Shown piece after piece: positions 23,340 through 38,385 of a stretch of 64,000 bases of DNA (the first letter of the stretch is position 1; every line of letters starts with the position of its first letter). Source of the stretch: Eremomyces bilateralis CBS 781.70. Its lineage: Eukaryota. Below the pieces are notes generated by a model. That model had not been told where the DNA came from. It saw only the letters and a list, made by a program, of their open reading frames with translations, and searched no databases. Position numbers and translations under genes: made by a program. Where the stretch lies: assembly GCA_010015585.1 (NCBI GenBank), contig ML975153.1; one strand, written 5' to 3'.

Positions 23340-25768
23340 TCAAATCAGGTTGCCATCTTCATTAGTATTACTTAATACGGCCTTCAAACCATCCTCATAT
23401 TGTACGACTTCATCTAGGTTGTAAAACGGAATAGTACCCTCATCATGTTAAGGACCTGACTCATCGAGGCCTTGTCAACAACCAATGCCTTCACAAGAGG
23501 TTTCGACTCATTTCCGCCCTCTCGCTCCTCACTTTCAGTTCCAGGCCTAAATGGTTATTACTGAATAAAACATGCTCATGACTGCTAAAATAAGAACCAT
23601 CATACTCACCGTACCTCCCCGTCATAGACCATGGGACAGCCGTCCGCCAGGATCTTCGACCGATCATCGATGAAATCATGCAGATACTGATGGAACTGGT
23701 CATGCTTCTCTAGCAACGTCTTCCGTTTCTCGCGATCCCGCTCGATGGCCTCCTGTCTTAACCGTCTCTGCTTCTCGACCTTTTCGATGAGCGCCGGCTC
23801 TGGCTGCATGTCGGTATAGAACTCGACCATCGTATGGTGCTTCCGCTTCACCACCTCTTTCGCCGCGTTCGTCCGATCCACCTCCTTCCGCAACTTCGCC
23901 ATCCCCGCGATCATCGTCTCCGTGTAGGCTTTATACTGCCACGCATCCTCGGACATCTGCCAGGTCAGCGCTTCGTTCTGTTTGACCAACGCGTCATGCA
24001 CCCGAGCTCGGCGTTGGGCGGTGGCTTCTTCAGCGGCGCGATCCTCGACGGTGGCGGTACTGGGAAAGTTCCCCGACTTCTGGAGCCGCTTGAGAAGCGT
24101 CGCGGTGCGTTCGCGGAGCGCCTCGTTCTCCTTTTCCTTGGCCCTCTGCCGGGCTTCCAGCTTCTTGATCTGCGTCTCCTTTTGCTTGACCTCCCACTCC
24201 TCCACCTTCCACGACACTTGCATTTTGGCGGTCTCGTGTCGAAGGCCCTTGTTGTCCCTCTGCAGCTGTTCGATTATAAGCGTTGGACTCCGCGGCCGGG
24301 CGAGTTCTCGTGCCTCTTCGGCCATTTCAAACGCGGCCACTTCCCTCTTCATGTCACCGAGCTGCATCCCTAGCTGTTTGATTCGAGCATTCTGCTGGTC
24401 AATCTCTTTGTGCTTGTAATCGAGCTCTTTGATGTGCCTCTCGACGGTCTCTGCCTGCTGTCGGAGTTCCTCTTCTTTTTGTTCGAGTGCCGATTCATTG
24501 CCTTCGGCCGTCGGATTTCTAGCTTCAGGGATTTTGCTCTGGTCAATACGAACCCGTTCCATGCGAGCGATGGTCTGGTTCATCTCCGCCAGATTGGATT
24601 CGAGGGTCGCGTTGGTCGCTTGGAGCTTCTTGTAGGCGGTTCTACCCGTGGAATTGGCCTTCTTATACCGGTCAATCTCTCGGTGCAAGGATCCAAGCTG
24701 TGTATCCCTGCTCAGTTGTTCCTGGTGCAGCAGTTTATTAGTGACTTGGAGCTCGTTATACTCTTTACTCAGATACTTGAGTTCCCTCTCTGCCTTCTCC
24801 AGTTGCCCCTTCTTTTTCGAAACCTGTTCCTTGAGCGCTTCCTTTTCCATGATAGCAACATGAACACATTCATTTGCTTGTTTGTAGTCGCTGCACACCG
24901 AATCACGGAATCTCTTCTTCTTGGCTACAACCTTGCTCAGCAAATCTAGTCGCTGGATCGCCAATTGTTTATGGTCTTTGGGGGTGAGATCCTCCTCTCC
25001 TTCCGGCCGTCGACGGTCTGATAGTTCGCCTTGCTCGAATTCGGACCTGGGAGTGATAGCGTTCATGCCCTCTTCTCTGTCTCCATCATCATTGGTTTGA
25101 ACAACGCCAATGTGTTCAAAGCCAGATTTATGCTTAGCAGGCGTGACTAGACTGAGGGTTCGGCTGAAGTTGCCAGCGTACCGCCAAAGCACACGATCGG
25201 AGTCTTCGGAGTATATTGAGCCTGGGGAGGGTGCCGACGACCTGAGAGCTGCAAGCTCTTCGTTGGTTGAGGAGCCTGCGCCGTGTGCGTCGCCGTCTGA
25301 GGCGGACATGACCTGACTCAACCGACTCTTCGACCTCGGCAAATATTCGTTGCGCATTTCAAAATCATCTCTTCTATCGTCTTTGAACTCGCCGAAGCGG
25401 CGTACGCTGTCGATTTGTCCACGCCGTAACCAGGTTTGATGGAATCTCACCTTGTCTTCAGGCGTCACTTCCTGCATCTCTTCCTCCAGCCCGTCAGCAA
25501 CGATCGCACAAATTTCTTCTTGTTCGTAGATATTGGTACTCATTGCGGAGTAATCGCTGTCGGAGTCGGTATCTGATCGCATTTCAGCCTCGCCGGCCAT
25601 AGTAATTGATGAAAAATCATTGGACCATTCGTAATTATCTTGTACGGGGAGATCGGAACTCTCTTGGTCTGAGTGTTCGACATAGTCGACGTCATCGTGT
25701 GGAGTGTCGATAGGGAGTGTGTTGGGGCCTGCCCTATTGTTTGGTGTTGTATCTGAGGAATCAGCCAT
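23340..25768 (-). CDS. Hypothetical long coiled-coil protein with acidic N-terminus (~790 aa)
   Basis: 720-codon ORF with E/K/Q/L heptad character. A GTGAGT donor at 23609 and TAG acceptor at ~23547 give an open last exon to TGA 23340-23342. Confidence 0.75.
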
Positions 25769-27150
25769 CACAAATCAAAACTGGTCTCAAACCTGGTGGG
25801 TGTCAGAGTATCTCTATCCTAATGCAAAAGAATCGTTATGTTCGTGTGGACTCAATCAACAAGTGGCCGTAACAAAATCGTAAATAATTGGCGAACTTTC
25901 GTATGTTAGTCATGGGACGGACCAGTGTGATATATTCCCCTGGATTTCTTTGTTGCCATCAAAGGCATTCAGTTTCTAAAAGTAGCATCGAGGGAGCAAT
26001 TCCTTTGTTCATTGAGACATAAACCCATTGTGATTCGACGCCCGACAAAGGACTAGGACAATGCAAATCAAAGGTGGCGAGGGTATAAGCGAGTTGTTAA
26101 GTGGAATTGAAAATGCTCCAATCCGTAAGGTATCCAACTGATGAGGTTAGACTTTAAGAAACGCTGCTGGGCCATGTGGCTCGTCCGTTAGAGGCGTTTC
26201 TTCACGGCAATGACATCTACGATCAGTATAGAAGTGAGAGAGTTTGAGTATTGGTATTTTCGATTGCAACCATAAGTAGAATTGGAATAAAGCGACGAAA
26301 CGGAAGACACTGCCCTATAAGCGAGTTAGCAATCCTGTAGCAGTTATGTGGGAGTTCTGCCACTCACTAAGATAGCATAGCCTGTCGCCGAATTCCCCCC
26401 TCCTGCTCAATAATCCACTGTCTCGCATGTTCCGTGCGAAGAACGACGCCGTGTCCATTTTCGAGCCAGCTGGCATACTTGATATCGATAACCACTGCTA
26501 ATCGGGCTTCCTATCTTCCTAAGTTAGCATGTGAATGCACTTCAGAATGAGTTGTCTAACCATCGTGGCACCGTAGCATGATCGTTCTTAGACGCCCGTA
26601 AATGCCGCATCGTAGTCCTTGGAGGTGGTGCATCCTGGATACTCGCAGTCCAATGCCATCTCCCATACACCAGCTTCAGCCTCATCAACCTTTAGCCAGC
26701 ACATGACCTTGTGAACTGGAGGAATCGTCTTCGTTGAAGTGCAATTGTTGTTTGATGATTCGGATTTGTTCGTAGAGGTAGGTGTACTTGAAGGTTGAGG
26801 AAGAGTTGACGGTGGGTTTGTAGGTTAGCAGCAAGACTTTGTGATGACGACGTGAGGTTGACAATAGTGAATATCAGAATGATTGCCACTGAGTGACTCC
26901 CAGTTTGGTATGGACTCGAAAGACATTCAATGGTCTTTCATATGAAGCTGACACTTGCACAATGAAAGTGTCCATCAAACAAAGAATCATATGCCTAAGC
27001 AACAATTACTCTTGTAAACGATTGTCCCAAAAATAGATTCGTTATGTATGGCGCCTTCAAACCCAACAAAGAACTGCTTGAGGATTATGTCATTCGAGTC
27101 GCGTAAAGATTCGCAAGGATAGAACGGTTACAGAGCAACACGATGGCAGG

Positions 27151-28307
27151 CTAAAATGAAAATGTCGAGGCTCCATGCCCATGACTGAATCTTCGCGATG
27201 ATCGGTTCAATTGAGGCAATCCTCCCTTTGGTTCTTCGGCACCTTGGAAGTTGAGGTTGCTGACCGAATTCGGATCGATGGAAGACAGTGGCGCACGATG
27301 CCTCACTTGTCCAGCCTTATTTAGCGTTCCAGATCGGCGTGTATTGAGTGATACTGGAATCGGCGTGCGTTGTGCTGGTGTTCCAATCGAACGGTGTATT
27401 TCTGTATTGATATTAGCGTGCACCAACACATGAAAATCTCAGAGAACCGAACGTTGATGGTGCGTATGCAGCATATTTGGCAACGGACTCATGCGGCGAG
27501 CTGTACCAATTCTCGAAGTGAGCCCGTCACCGGAATATTGGGAGAATGGTCCTCTCGGTTTCGGCGGAGCAAGTTGTTCGAAGCGTGGAGATGACATGTT
27601 GTTCAGAGCATTCTCCGCGTCTTCGGCCGCCGCATGTTCGGTATGAGTCGCCATAACTTGGGCCTTCAATCCCTGATACATCCGCTGGGTGTTTTGCAGT
27701 GCCTTGCTCTTCTCCCGAAACGCGTTTACCAATTCTCGGTTCTTCTCCTCGAGGTTTGCTTTCTCTGATTTCATGGCTAGAGATCGTTAGCAGTCCTAAT
27801 GGAACCGATATTCGCATCTGACCATACAGTTGATCCTCTCTCTCAAAGAGTTCATCTCTGTATTCGCTTCTTGGACCGTACGATTCATCTCGCTTTTCAA
27901 TGCGGTATACCTATCCGTCAGGTGCTTCACCGAGTACTCCTGATACAGTCTAGCATCATCAGCATTAGTCTTGGAAATTCGGATCCTACAAACATCTCCT
28001 GCATCGCCTGGTATGAGTAGAAGCCTATCGCTCGACCAGCACACTCCATGATCGTCCCAGGCGTGAGACCACTGAGCACGGTAGACTTCTGTTCCTCGGA
28101 CAGGTTAAGGACTTGAATCATGGCATCGTCCGGGTTTGACAGCAGCTGGTCGCAAGCTGGACATCTTCTTGTCGGGCTTGCTGCAGTGGAAAGGCCTAAA
28201 GACTCAGAACATTGGAGGCAGAAGATATGACTGCAGGTCGTGACCACTGTACGGTCGACGAGCTGAACACGACATTTGGTGGAGTTACAGCGCAGAATGA
28301 AATCCAT
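27151..28307 (-). CDS. hei10: Meiotic RING E3 ligase HEI10/CCNB1IP1
   Basis: LRCN..KCR..L...VVTTCSHIFC..C...CPAC..L..PDD....LN.SEE.KSTVLSGL.P..IMECAGRA..F..YQ, then a coiled coil. About 3 introns; the last-exon model is less certain. Confidence 0.9.
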
Positions 28308-28798
28308 TGCAAAAAACGAGACGCAGTTCTGAGGGAGCTTGATGAGTGGAGACTAATCGCCCATGACTTGACACGCTGCAATGGCTAAGGACTGAAGGAG
28401 CAGTGACAGAAGTAGGACAAAGGGAAGGAAAATGACAATGGGATTGATGGAAATGAGCCACAGGGCTACCAATGGCGAGTCCAGGCGCGATACAGATTTC
28501 TAGATGAGGCACTTGATAGAAGTCGGTTCATCATGCGACGGAGGTAGGAAGCGATAAATTGTCGTCCTGACTTGGAAGTTGGATATTTCAGAGGGGAGAT
28601 GGGCACACGTGATCTCGCGACTGAAGCTAGTCCCAATATAGTTAGCGCATCATGCACCTTCCAATCACGTCGCGTGCTCTCAACCTCATCACCAAACCAC
28701 GACCGAACCAGAAGTACTACGATATCTCCAACATCTAAAGCAAAGAATCCTCGCGCTTTGAATTCCAGCTGCCGATTCAACCCAAGCAATCATCCACC

Positions 28799-30076
28799 AT
28801 GGCACCACCCTCCTCCTCCTCCGGACCCCCATCCCGCACCTCCACCCCCACCACCACCGCCCCCCCCCGCTTCACCGCACAGAACGCCACCGCCGAAGAC
28901 CTCCTCAAATCCCAAACCGTCGGCCTCGTCCACCTCTCCGACTTCCGCAAACGCCGCGCCGAAGCCCTCGAGCAGCGCGACCGCGAGACGCAACATCCCG
29001 CCCTCGGCCGCGGCTCCCCCGCCTCCGGCGCTTCGACCCCCGACGGGTAAGTTTTTGAGATGATGCCATGGGGATGATAGTTGGGTTCGTGTGTGTGGGT
29101 CGGATGCTGATTATCGAAGTACAGAGCTGCGACACCTCAGCCCGCGAAGAAGAAGCGGAGGAATCCGAGGAAGGGGAAGTTGTCGTTTGCGGTAGATGAG
29201 GATGAAGAGGATGAATCAGCGACGTCTGATGTAGTGAAATCACGGTCCCATACGCCAGGAGACGGGCGAAGCACCGTGGAGACGACCGGCGCGGACAGCG
29301 ATGGGACGCCGACGCTGAAGAAGCGGATAGGGCCGAACACAACGGTGCTGGCACCGCGGGCGATGACAAAAGGGGCACTGCTGCGGGAAGCGCAGACACG
29401 GGAGCAGCTACGGAAGGAGTTTCTGGTGATGCAGGAAGCCGTGAAAGCGACGGAGGTAGCGATCCCGTTTGTGTTCTACGACGGGACGAGCGTGCCGGGC
29501 GGAGTGTGCACGGTGAAGAAGGGGGAGCATATCTGGTTGTTTTTGGATAAGGCGAGGAAGGTGGGGGCGGAGTTGGGGGTGGGGGGGGACAAAGGGAGGA
29601 GGGAGTGGGCGAGGGTCGGGGTGGATGATCTGATGTTGGTTAGGAACGAGATGATCGTACCGCATGTTAGTATTCTTCTCTTTGTGTTATGGAAGGACAT
29701 CGAGCTGACTTTTTCGCAGCATTATGAGTTCTACTACTTCATCGTTAACAAGACTGCCGGCTTCCATGGTCCCATCTTCGAATATTCCGCTCAGCCAACC
29801 GCGGCAACCCCGACCACCACAGATTCACCCACGGAAGACCTCACAAACTACGATCCGATGGTGCGGCCGGAGAAGAAGGCCAAGCCATCTACCAACTTGG
29901 AGGGACTTGAAGGCAAAGACGATGACCCGACAATAACCAAGGTGGTGGATCGGCGGTGGTATGAGAGGAACAAGCACATCTACCCGGCGAACATATGGGA
30001 GGAGTTTGATCCGACGAAGGACTACAGCAATAGCGTTCGAAAGGATGCGGAGGGAAATAGCTTTTTCTTCTCTTGA
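28799..30076 (+). CDS. xap5: XAP5/FAM50 family nuclear protein
   Basis: EDLLKSQTVGLVHLSDFRKRR; IPFVFYDG; TKVVDRRWYERNKHIYPA.IWEEFDP; two introns. Confidence 0.95.
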
Positions 30077-30318
30077 AGTGGTGGATATGAGATACCCTAG
30101 CACGAATGGATCATTTCTGAAGAACCGGGCACCGGGGCCTATAGAGTTCGACAGCGATGTCCGCACCCCTCTTCAATTAGGATAGTTATTTAAAATCCAA
30201 CTACCTGGCAACTTTGCCTTATCAAGCAGATAACCATGCCTGCCGTTAATTTGTCGCTCTCTATGCTGTTTTGCTTCCATCATGTCAAATCCAAATCCCC
30301 GTTGGCGCCCGACCCAAA

Positions 30319-31813
30319 TCACTCCTCGTCATCATCCTCCTCCACCACCCGTCTCCTCTTCACCCGCGCGTTGCTCGGCCCCGCATCATCATCCGGCCTC
30401 TCCGTCCTCTTCGGCGTTCCCTCCCGCCTCGCTGGCCTCTTCTCTTCTTCTTCCTCCTCTTCCTCTTCTTCCTCCTCACTCTCCTCCATCTCCTGCTCGT
30501 CGTCGCTCTTCGCGATAAAGTCATCCTCCTCATCATACTCGTCCTCCCTCGTCCGCCCCCGCACATCCCCATACTCCTCGTCACTACTGTAATCATCCCG
30601 CCGCGGCCGCCTCGACTTCGGCTTCGATCGCCGATACCCACCGAACCCTTCCTCGTCCTCGAGCCCACCGGCCGTAAGTCTCCCCGAGCGCACCCCGCTC
30701 TTCTCCAGCACGCGGTGCGTTCGATCGCGCTCGCGGTTCTGCTGTGCCTCCATGCGGCGCAGCATGCGCAGCTTCTCCTTCTCGGCGGCCTCGGCCTTCT
30801 TCTTGGCGAGTTCGGGGTCCTCGTGGAGTTTGAGGAGCGGGACGGGGCCGTCCTCGGTGAGACGGTCGCGGGGGCGCTGGAGGGTGCGCTGCAGTTCTTG
30901 GAGGGCGGCGTCATTGGAGGCGGAGGTGGGGAGGATCGAAAGGCCGGCGGTGACTTTGCGGGCGGCGCGGAGGATGGATTCGTCGGAGTAGGGGGCAAAC
31001 ATGTAAGTGAAGGAGTCAAGGGTTGGGTTGTAGGTTTTCGCGGATTGAGCTTTCTTGCCGGGTCCGGAGAGGGGTGTTGGCTTGGGAGGACGGGTTTGAG
31101 GAGGGGCAAGTGGATTGCCTTCGATTTGATATTGTGTAGTGGGATCATGCGCGAATTGGAATGTAAGAGAACCGTCAGACCAGCGCAAAATGCGAGCATT
31201 TGATTGAAGCTCTTCTGGATTCGAGGGTGAGTGTCTCCATCGTACGGTTGTCATGGCAGTTGTATAGGCGGAAAAGGCATCGGATGGTTTGCCCTTGGAG
31301 TGGTGATCGGTAACGGGTGGTTGAAACAGTTCCGGATCGAAGGATTTAGGGTCGACAGCAAGGAAGTTTGGAACTTTGAGAAGGTAAAACTGAGGGCGTT
31401 AATCGGAATATCACTGAAGCTTGCTCACAGCCTCCTTACCTCATTATCATCTGGCTCCGGGATAGCATGACGCGCAAGCTCAATCATATGGAATCTGAGC
31501 TGCTTTTCGGTCATTCCAGCCGATTCAGACCGATCGCGATCGCGTCGCCCGTCATCGTCGCCCGAGTCCAATTCTTCATCATCAAGTTGGCGCCGCTTCC
31601 TGTAGAGATACTGATTAGCATGACGATATTTATACAAGCCGACGTGGCCTACCGTGGTGCTTCATCCTGCGAATCGTCATCCTCATCCTCCCCAAAGAGG
31701 TCATCGGCGTCTTGCCGAAGGGTTTCCTCAATCGGAGGAAGCGAGCTGTCGGAATCATCTCCGTTCAACTCTTCAGGAGAGATGTCCGGTAGGGGGGAGT
31801 CCTCATCCGACAT
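30319..31813 (-). CDS. leo1: Paf1 complex subunit Leo1
   Basis: Acidic N-terminus; KVPNFLAVDPKSFDP; TTVRWR...SNARILRWSDGSLT; EDEYDEEDDFI tail; two introns. Confidence 0.93.
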
Positions 31814-32326
31814 TGTGGGAGGGATTAGACGAATGGGTTTTCGGCGCGATCCGATGACTTTGAGAATGAGGAAATCTAAACGGTGCTACAGCGCTGTGAT
31901 TCCGATCAAGCAGCACTGCACTCTGTAGGTGTTAAACTTTCAATGGAACGCGACGATTGAAGCATGTCACGTGCATCAGTGGCAGAAACCTGGAAGAGGC
32001 TGTGGCGGTTGAGAGGGAAAGTGGAATGGACAGTTTGGCAGTGGGGAAGGACCGAAGGAACGCGGTGCACCCCGGTCGCCCTTGCCGTCCAGCAGGTCCA
32101 TGCGCCTGCCGCTCCTCCACCGCGTCAACTTCCCCTTCACCGACCGAAAGAAGCCAGTCGATTTGCATGAAATGATATGTCCCCAATTCCGCCCTTGATA
32201 TCCCGCTGTGCGCCCTTGATTCTCCCCATTCTCCCCCGATCCCACTTGTTCTCACCCTTCGGACTTTCTCATTCAAGCGATAGCGGTGTGCCGGAGCAGC
32301 ACAGGCCCGGGGGGTTACCTGCATAA

Positions 32327-33829
32327 ATGGCGTCGTTCTTCTCAAGTGTGTGAGTGACCTGGGTTTCATCATCTCCTAGCTCTCCCTGGTAACGTTGGGT
32401 CATATGAATACACCATGCCATCTACCACACACCCCGCAAGACTGTGCTATCATCTGCTCGCTTCCATTCCACTGGTCGTTTTTCAGCTTTCAAATAGCAA
32501 GATTGAGGCTTCGTGATGTGAGATTGGGCGGTGGATGGCTGAAAGCTTAGGATCGCCCAGCAAGGCTTCAGACAAGACACATGTGGCACGGTATTAAGGT
32601 CTTTCTGATCCATAAGACCAGCTTCAAAATCCTCATCGACCGTTTTGGTTCTGTCAATTTAGCACAGAGCATGCGTGTTTTCACCCGCGTTTCCTATCAC
32701 TAAGTCACTAACGCATCCAAGCCGAGGGTTCGGGCGTGCCTCAAATAAAAACGGCAACAACCCAGCGAGAGGGAACGGACAGCAAGCGCCTTCACCCACT
32801 GGTTACGCTCCATCTCCTTCTCCCGCACCACCTTCCATTCCTCCTGTTCCCGCATCACCAGCACTCTCAGCGGGGATGTCGGTTGATACCACCCAACCGG
32901 AATCGGCCCAGGGCCGCAAAACCCCGTTCTTCTTTCGAGAAGAGTATTCCGCCATCATCGTCAAAGGCAACTTCATGACGTTGGCTGCAAAGCCGCAGCT
33001 TGTCGAGGAAGGCGAATGGTTCGCACATCAAGGTTCGTTGCCACTTGTGATTTCTGTTTAGCGGGTCTAACTCCTGGCAGTTGTGGAGCAATATCGGTTG
33101 CTTGATAGCATGATCCAAGTGATCAAATGCCCCGATGAGCGGACTGGAGAGGCAATCTGCAATGAGAAATGCTGTCCCACCATGTCTGCGGCAGGGTATG
33201 TGATATATATCTCGGATTGATTCTGCAAGCTCACGGCGTCTAGACATACATACACATGGTTGGACAACCTTAAGCGGCCTATCAAGATTCCTGCCTGCCG
33301 TTATATCGAACTTGTCCAACGGTGGATCATCGGCAAGATCAGCGATCCGTCCTTGTTTCCCATCGACACTGGCGCAGCCACGGGTGCCCTCGGAGGCATC
33401 AACACCCCCGGTGCCAACACCCCCATCGCCGCCGGCCCCACGAGCCTGAATTCATCCATGTCCGCCCTCACCGGCCGGGACTGGCTTGGCCGAGCCAGCG
33501 GCTTCCCCGAGAATTTCGAGAACGATCTGAAGAGTATGTACCGCCAAATGATGCGCTGCTACTCGCACCTCTACCACGGCCACTGGGTCGACCTCTGGCA
33601 CCTGAGCGCCTGGAAGGAGCTCAACACGTGCTTCATCCACTTCATCAACGTGGGGAAGCTGTATGGCCTGATCGGCGACAAGGAGACAGAGCCGATGCAG
33701 CCGTTGATGGAGATCTGGGTCTCCCGGGGATTGTTGTCGGCCGCTCCGCAGAACGCGAACACGCCGCAATCATCGTCGCGCACCGAGACGCCGACTTCTT
33801 CGGTTCCGGGAACGGCCACCGCGGTTTGA
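32327..33829 (+). CDS. mob2: MOB kinase activator (Mob2, NDR/Cbk1-Cot1 partner)
   Basis: IVKGNFMTLAAKP.LVEEGEWFAHQ; CNEKCCPTMSA; YTWLD; MYRQMMRCYSHLYHGH; ELNTCFIHF. Short first exon MASFFSSV (32327-32349) inferred. Confidence 0.9.
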
Positions 33830-35079
33830 CGATCCGGAACGGTTGATGAACGGCCCCTAGGGCATGCATGATGTTTACGAGGAGAAAACAGAGGACTCGG
33901 TGTGTGCAAATATCGAGGGTAACGGCAGCAGATGAAGTTTCGGGGTTATGGAGGGAGTGAGAATCAGGCAGGCACCTTGCAGGAGTTACCTCACCGGCAT
34001 GTTTTCCTAAGCATGAAATGGCGTCACATGTTGAAGGGAGAGAGAGTTGATAGCGATTCCAAAGTCCAAACATGCCCAAACATTACCAGACGGGTGCTGA
34101 GGGGCAGGTTGTCATGAACGGCGCACTAGGTCGCGTTTCCCAAAGAATTGAATGCACCCCTCCATGACAATTGACAATCCTCGTCACGTAACTTGGTGCT
34201 GTTGTGGCAAAGCTGGCGGCTGTTCCTTGATCGTCTTAGGCTTCAACAGATCTCTGACGATCAGCTTTGCACGTGAAACCAGCAGATTACAGGCAGCAGA
34301 ATTTCTTTGACGGTGTGCAAGTGTGCAGGGATGATCACCACATCACGGCCTCAACTCGCTCAAGAAGCCAGCTGTTCGATACCGGCAATAATTCCCACGA
34401 AGGGTATAAGATGCTCTGCTTGTGCGGAAGGTAATTCGATAATACCAAAGCACATTGATTCATCCAATCTGTCATTCAGGATTCACTTCATGCAGAGGTG
34501 TTGTCTGTAGAAGTAGAACCCTTGAGGCGGTGCATCATCTCGATCCAGTGTTCTCCTGCTTCTGTGGGGGCCAGCTGGCTCTTCCGTTGCCTTAGTCAGC
34601 AACATCTTTCCCAGCTTGGCATCGTCCATCCCCGACACTCAAACTTTCCACCCCAAGGACACACATGCACTGCACCTCCCCCAATCCACTCCAACCCGTA
34701 CACCAACGGCTTACTATCCATCTATCGACGACTCGTGATTTCAACTTCTCCTTCACTGAAATCCATCTTCCCGTCCCATATTCACCCCCTTGGATCTTGT
34801 CAGGTAAGCACCCAGGTCCCCTTTCTAGTCCACTCCGAACACAGCTCAGCGTCGCCATCCGTCATATCGGTGTGCCTCAACCATCACGACCGTCAATCAC
34901 CCTATCGACCCGGTCGTGGTTTCGATAAACCCTTGCCTCCTGATCGCATGCCTCCCGTGAGAATTCCCTCAGCTAACCGTCCGACCCGTGCACTAGACCG
35001 TGGAATTCCATCCATCTGGCACCTCCCGCCCTATCTCTCTCGAGTCTCCACACCGACACGCATCACATACCACCTCTAG

Positions 35080-35851
<772 letters not shown>

Positions 35852-36443
35852 ATTCGTACCACGCCCGATTCCAGCACTGGAGGGACCTACGCGCGTTACG
35901 ATCCACCCTCTCTCCACGTGCGGCAAAACCGATTATCGATAAACATCTGGTTTCCATCCCCCACCTCTCGAAACCGTGGGCAAAGTCGTGGGTTCTGGCA
36001 TTTGGGTTTTTTCCCCAAGAACGGCAGTTTTTTTTACAAATTGGTGGGCGATGGCGTAGTAGTTGCATCCTAAACACACGAACACAACCACATGGAACTA
36101 GTGGATGGGGGGTGGGAAATTACCGGGAGGCTTTGAGATGTTGCTTCGAAAGAAACTTTGTTCCAAGCAAAATCTAAGGCGTTGCGTTCACTTTGGTCGA
36201 AAGAATTGATGGAAGGGGGGGGAGAGATATGCTCGCTCATCCATCAACACACCCTCAAGACTCTCTTCCTTTGCTACAACATGTCGACGTGTCGGTTCTG
36301 GTTCTTTGTGTTGTCGGTTGAATCTTTCCTTTGAGTAGCTGCTATGAAGTGTATCTTTCCTCTTCGAGTGGTCCATGTCCGTCCCGTGCCTGAATTTCCG
36401 TCGGTATGCTTCTGCCTACGTGAACGGTAGGGTAGCTGTCCAG

Positions 36444-38385
36444 TCAATCTCTGGAGTCCGGCGGTTCCTTTCGGCACACCATCCCCTCCAGCCACAGCCA
36501 CAACCGCTGCGTCCACGGAACGTAGAACATCCGCCCATCCAACGTCCCACTGATCCACGAAAAGAGAAATAGAACCACAAACGACAACCCCAACACGACC
36601 CCAAACGCCGTCCAATACCCTCGACTCGAGAACGTGACATCCTCCAACGCGCAGCTAAAGTATGCCGTCATCAACGACACCGGCATAAACAGCATCGTCA
36701 GCTTCGCCACGAAGAGCGTCGTCCGCGTCAACTGCTCCACCGAATACGACTCCTTGATCGCGATCAAGTTGAAGTTCATCACCATCAACCCCTCCTTCAG
36801 CTCCAGGTTCTCGTTGATCTCCCGCAGCGCGTACAGCCGGATCATGTCCTTCAGCCGCTCGAACCGCACCCGCGCTGCGCTGCTCATGGCCACCCCCATC
36901 AGGTTCCCGCTGTCCACCATCGCCGTGCTGACCTGCAGCGCCGGCGAATCCAGTCCGGATCCCAGCACGTTCGAGTTCTTCAGCGACGCTAGCGAGATCT
37001 CCTGCTTGTAGAGGATCCGCTCCACGATCGACTCGTACGACACGTACAGCCGCTTGAGCGCTGAGAGCTGCCGTCCCAGCGCGTGCAGATGCGAGACGTG
37101 CGCGAGCGACGCGCGCGTGAGCATCTCCTCGCGCAGCCGGTTGAGTTCGTCCGCGTAGCAGTACTGACGGCGACCGATCAGCCCGTAGCTGGTCAACCAG
37201 TCGTCGAACAGGCTATAGAACAGCAGCCCGGGCGCGTCGGTGGCGCTATGCGCCGCCTCCTCCATGCTGTCACCCACGCGTTTCCGGATCGGCAGCTGCA
37301 TCAGCGGGATGTCGAGCGAGGAGTCGTGCGCCTTGGAGCACTGGCGGAAGACGTTAGTGAGGTTCCGACGGACCATGGTGAGGGCGTGCAGCTCGTGGGG
37401 GTCGAGGGCGGCGTCGCGGAAGGGGAACGGGTCCTCGTGCACGGCGATGACGGTTTTTTCTTCGCAGTAGATCAGCCAGGTCCAGACGCGCTTTCCGGGG
37501 GGGACGTCGCGGGTGGAGGAGAAGGGTTGGCGGACGGAGCTGGAGGAGACGTCGTGGAGGGTGTTGTAGCCGACAGAGACGTCTGCGGCGCGTTAGCTGG
37601 GTGGCGGGAAGGATAGGGGGTGGCCGTACATTTGCGGCCGAAGTCGACGGTGCTCCAGTGCAGTACCTCGGACGCAAGGGTGTAGTGATTCAACTCCTGA
37701 TCGCGCACTTTCGGAAGCCCATCGAGGCCGACTTTTTCTTCGAGGGCGGCGGAGAAGTCGGACGAGGTCTTGGAGCGGGCAGAGCGACCGGAGCTCCAGT
37801 GTAGGATTCCGGAGCCGCTCTGGGGCGTGGACAGCGATTTGGAGGCTCTTTTGATGGGCGGCGAGCACATGAGCCCCAGGAGACGAGGAGACCAATCGTA
37901 GTATTTGGCGATATCCTTACTTTTTAAACTTACTTGCTTGTTCTAAGGGGGTTGGAGACGTACTGTTAATAGCTCTCGCTGCTGGTCCGGGAGCCATATA
38001 TTGCTTCATCAATTAGCTTCAGCCTACGACAGCAAGGGACGGTTGACGAACATCCATCGTGTGTGTAGCGATGCTGGCCTCTGATCATGATAAGTCCAAG
38101 AGTGTATTTGGGTCACGCAGTGGAAGGGCTTACTTTCGACCTCAACAACTTGGATACCGCGTCTGTATTCAGATCAAAAGCACACCAAGCGGCATCGTCC
38201 CCAAAATCCAACACAAAGTTCCTACTTTGAGCCCGCCGCAGCCTCTCGTCCAGAATCCTAAAACCAAAGCTGTCATCAAAATCTTTAAACTGAGATGAAA
38301 TCTCTTCCGAATCGAGGCTCATATAATATTCTGGCGCCTCTGGTATATTGCAGAAGCGATCCTCTATGGACTCCACGGTCGACAT
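36444..38385 (-). CDS. CorA-like (Mg2+ transporter fold) membrane protein
   Basis: Multi-exon. WINIW.P, KYYDW, KRVWTWLI...TVIAVHEDP, a long helical stalk, then two C-terminal TM segments (LAK.T.LFMPVSLMTAYFS...YWTAFGVV). Confidence 0.75.

Noticed and set aside
26310..26930. Possible decayed minus-strand gene
   Set aside because: Multiple stops and no recognisable family.
30271..31203. 310-aa plus-strand ORF
   Set aside because: Antisense shadow of GC-rich leo1.
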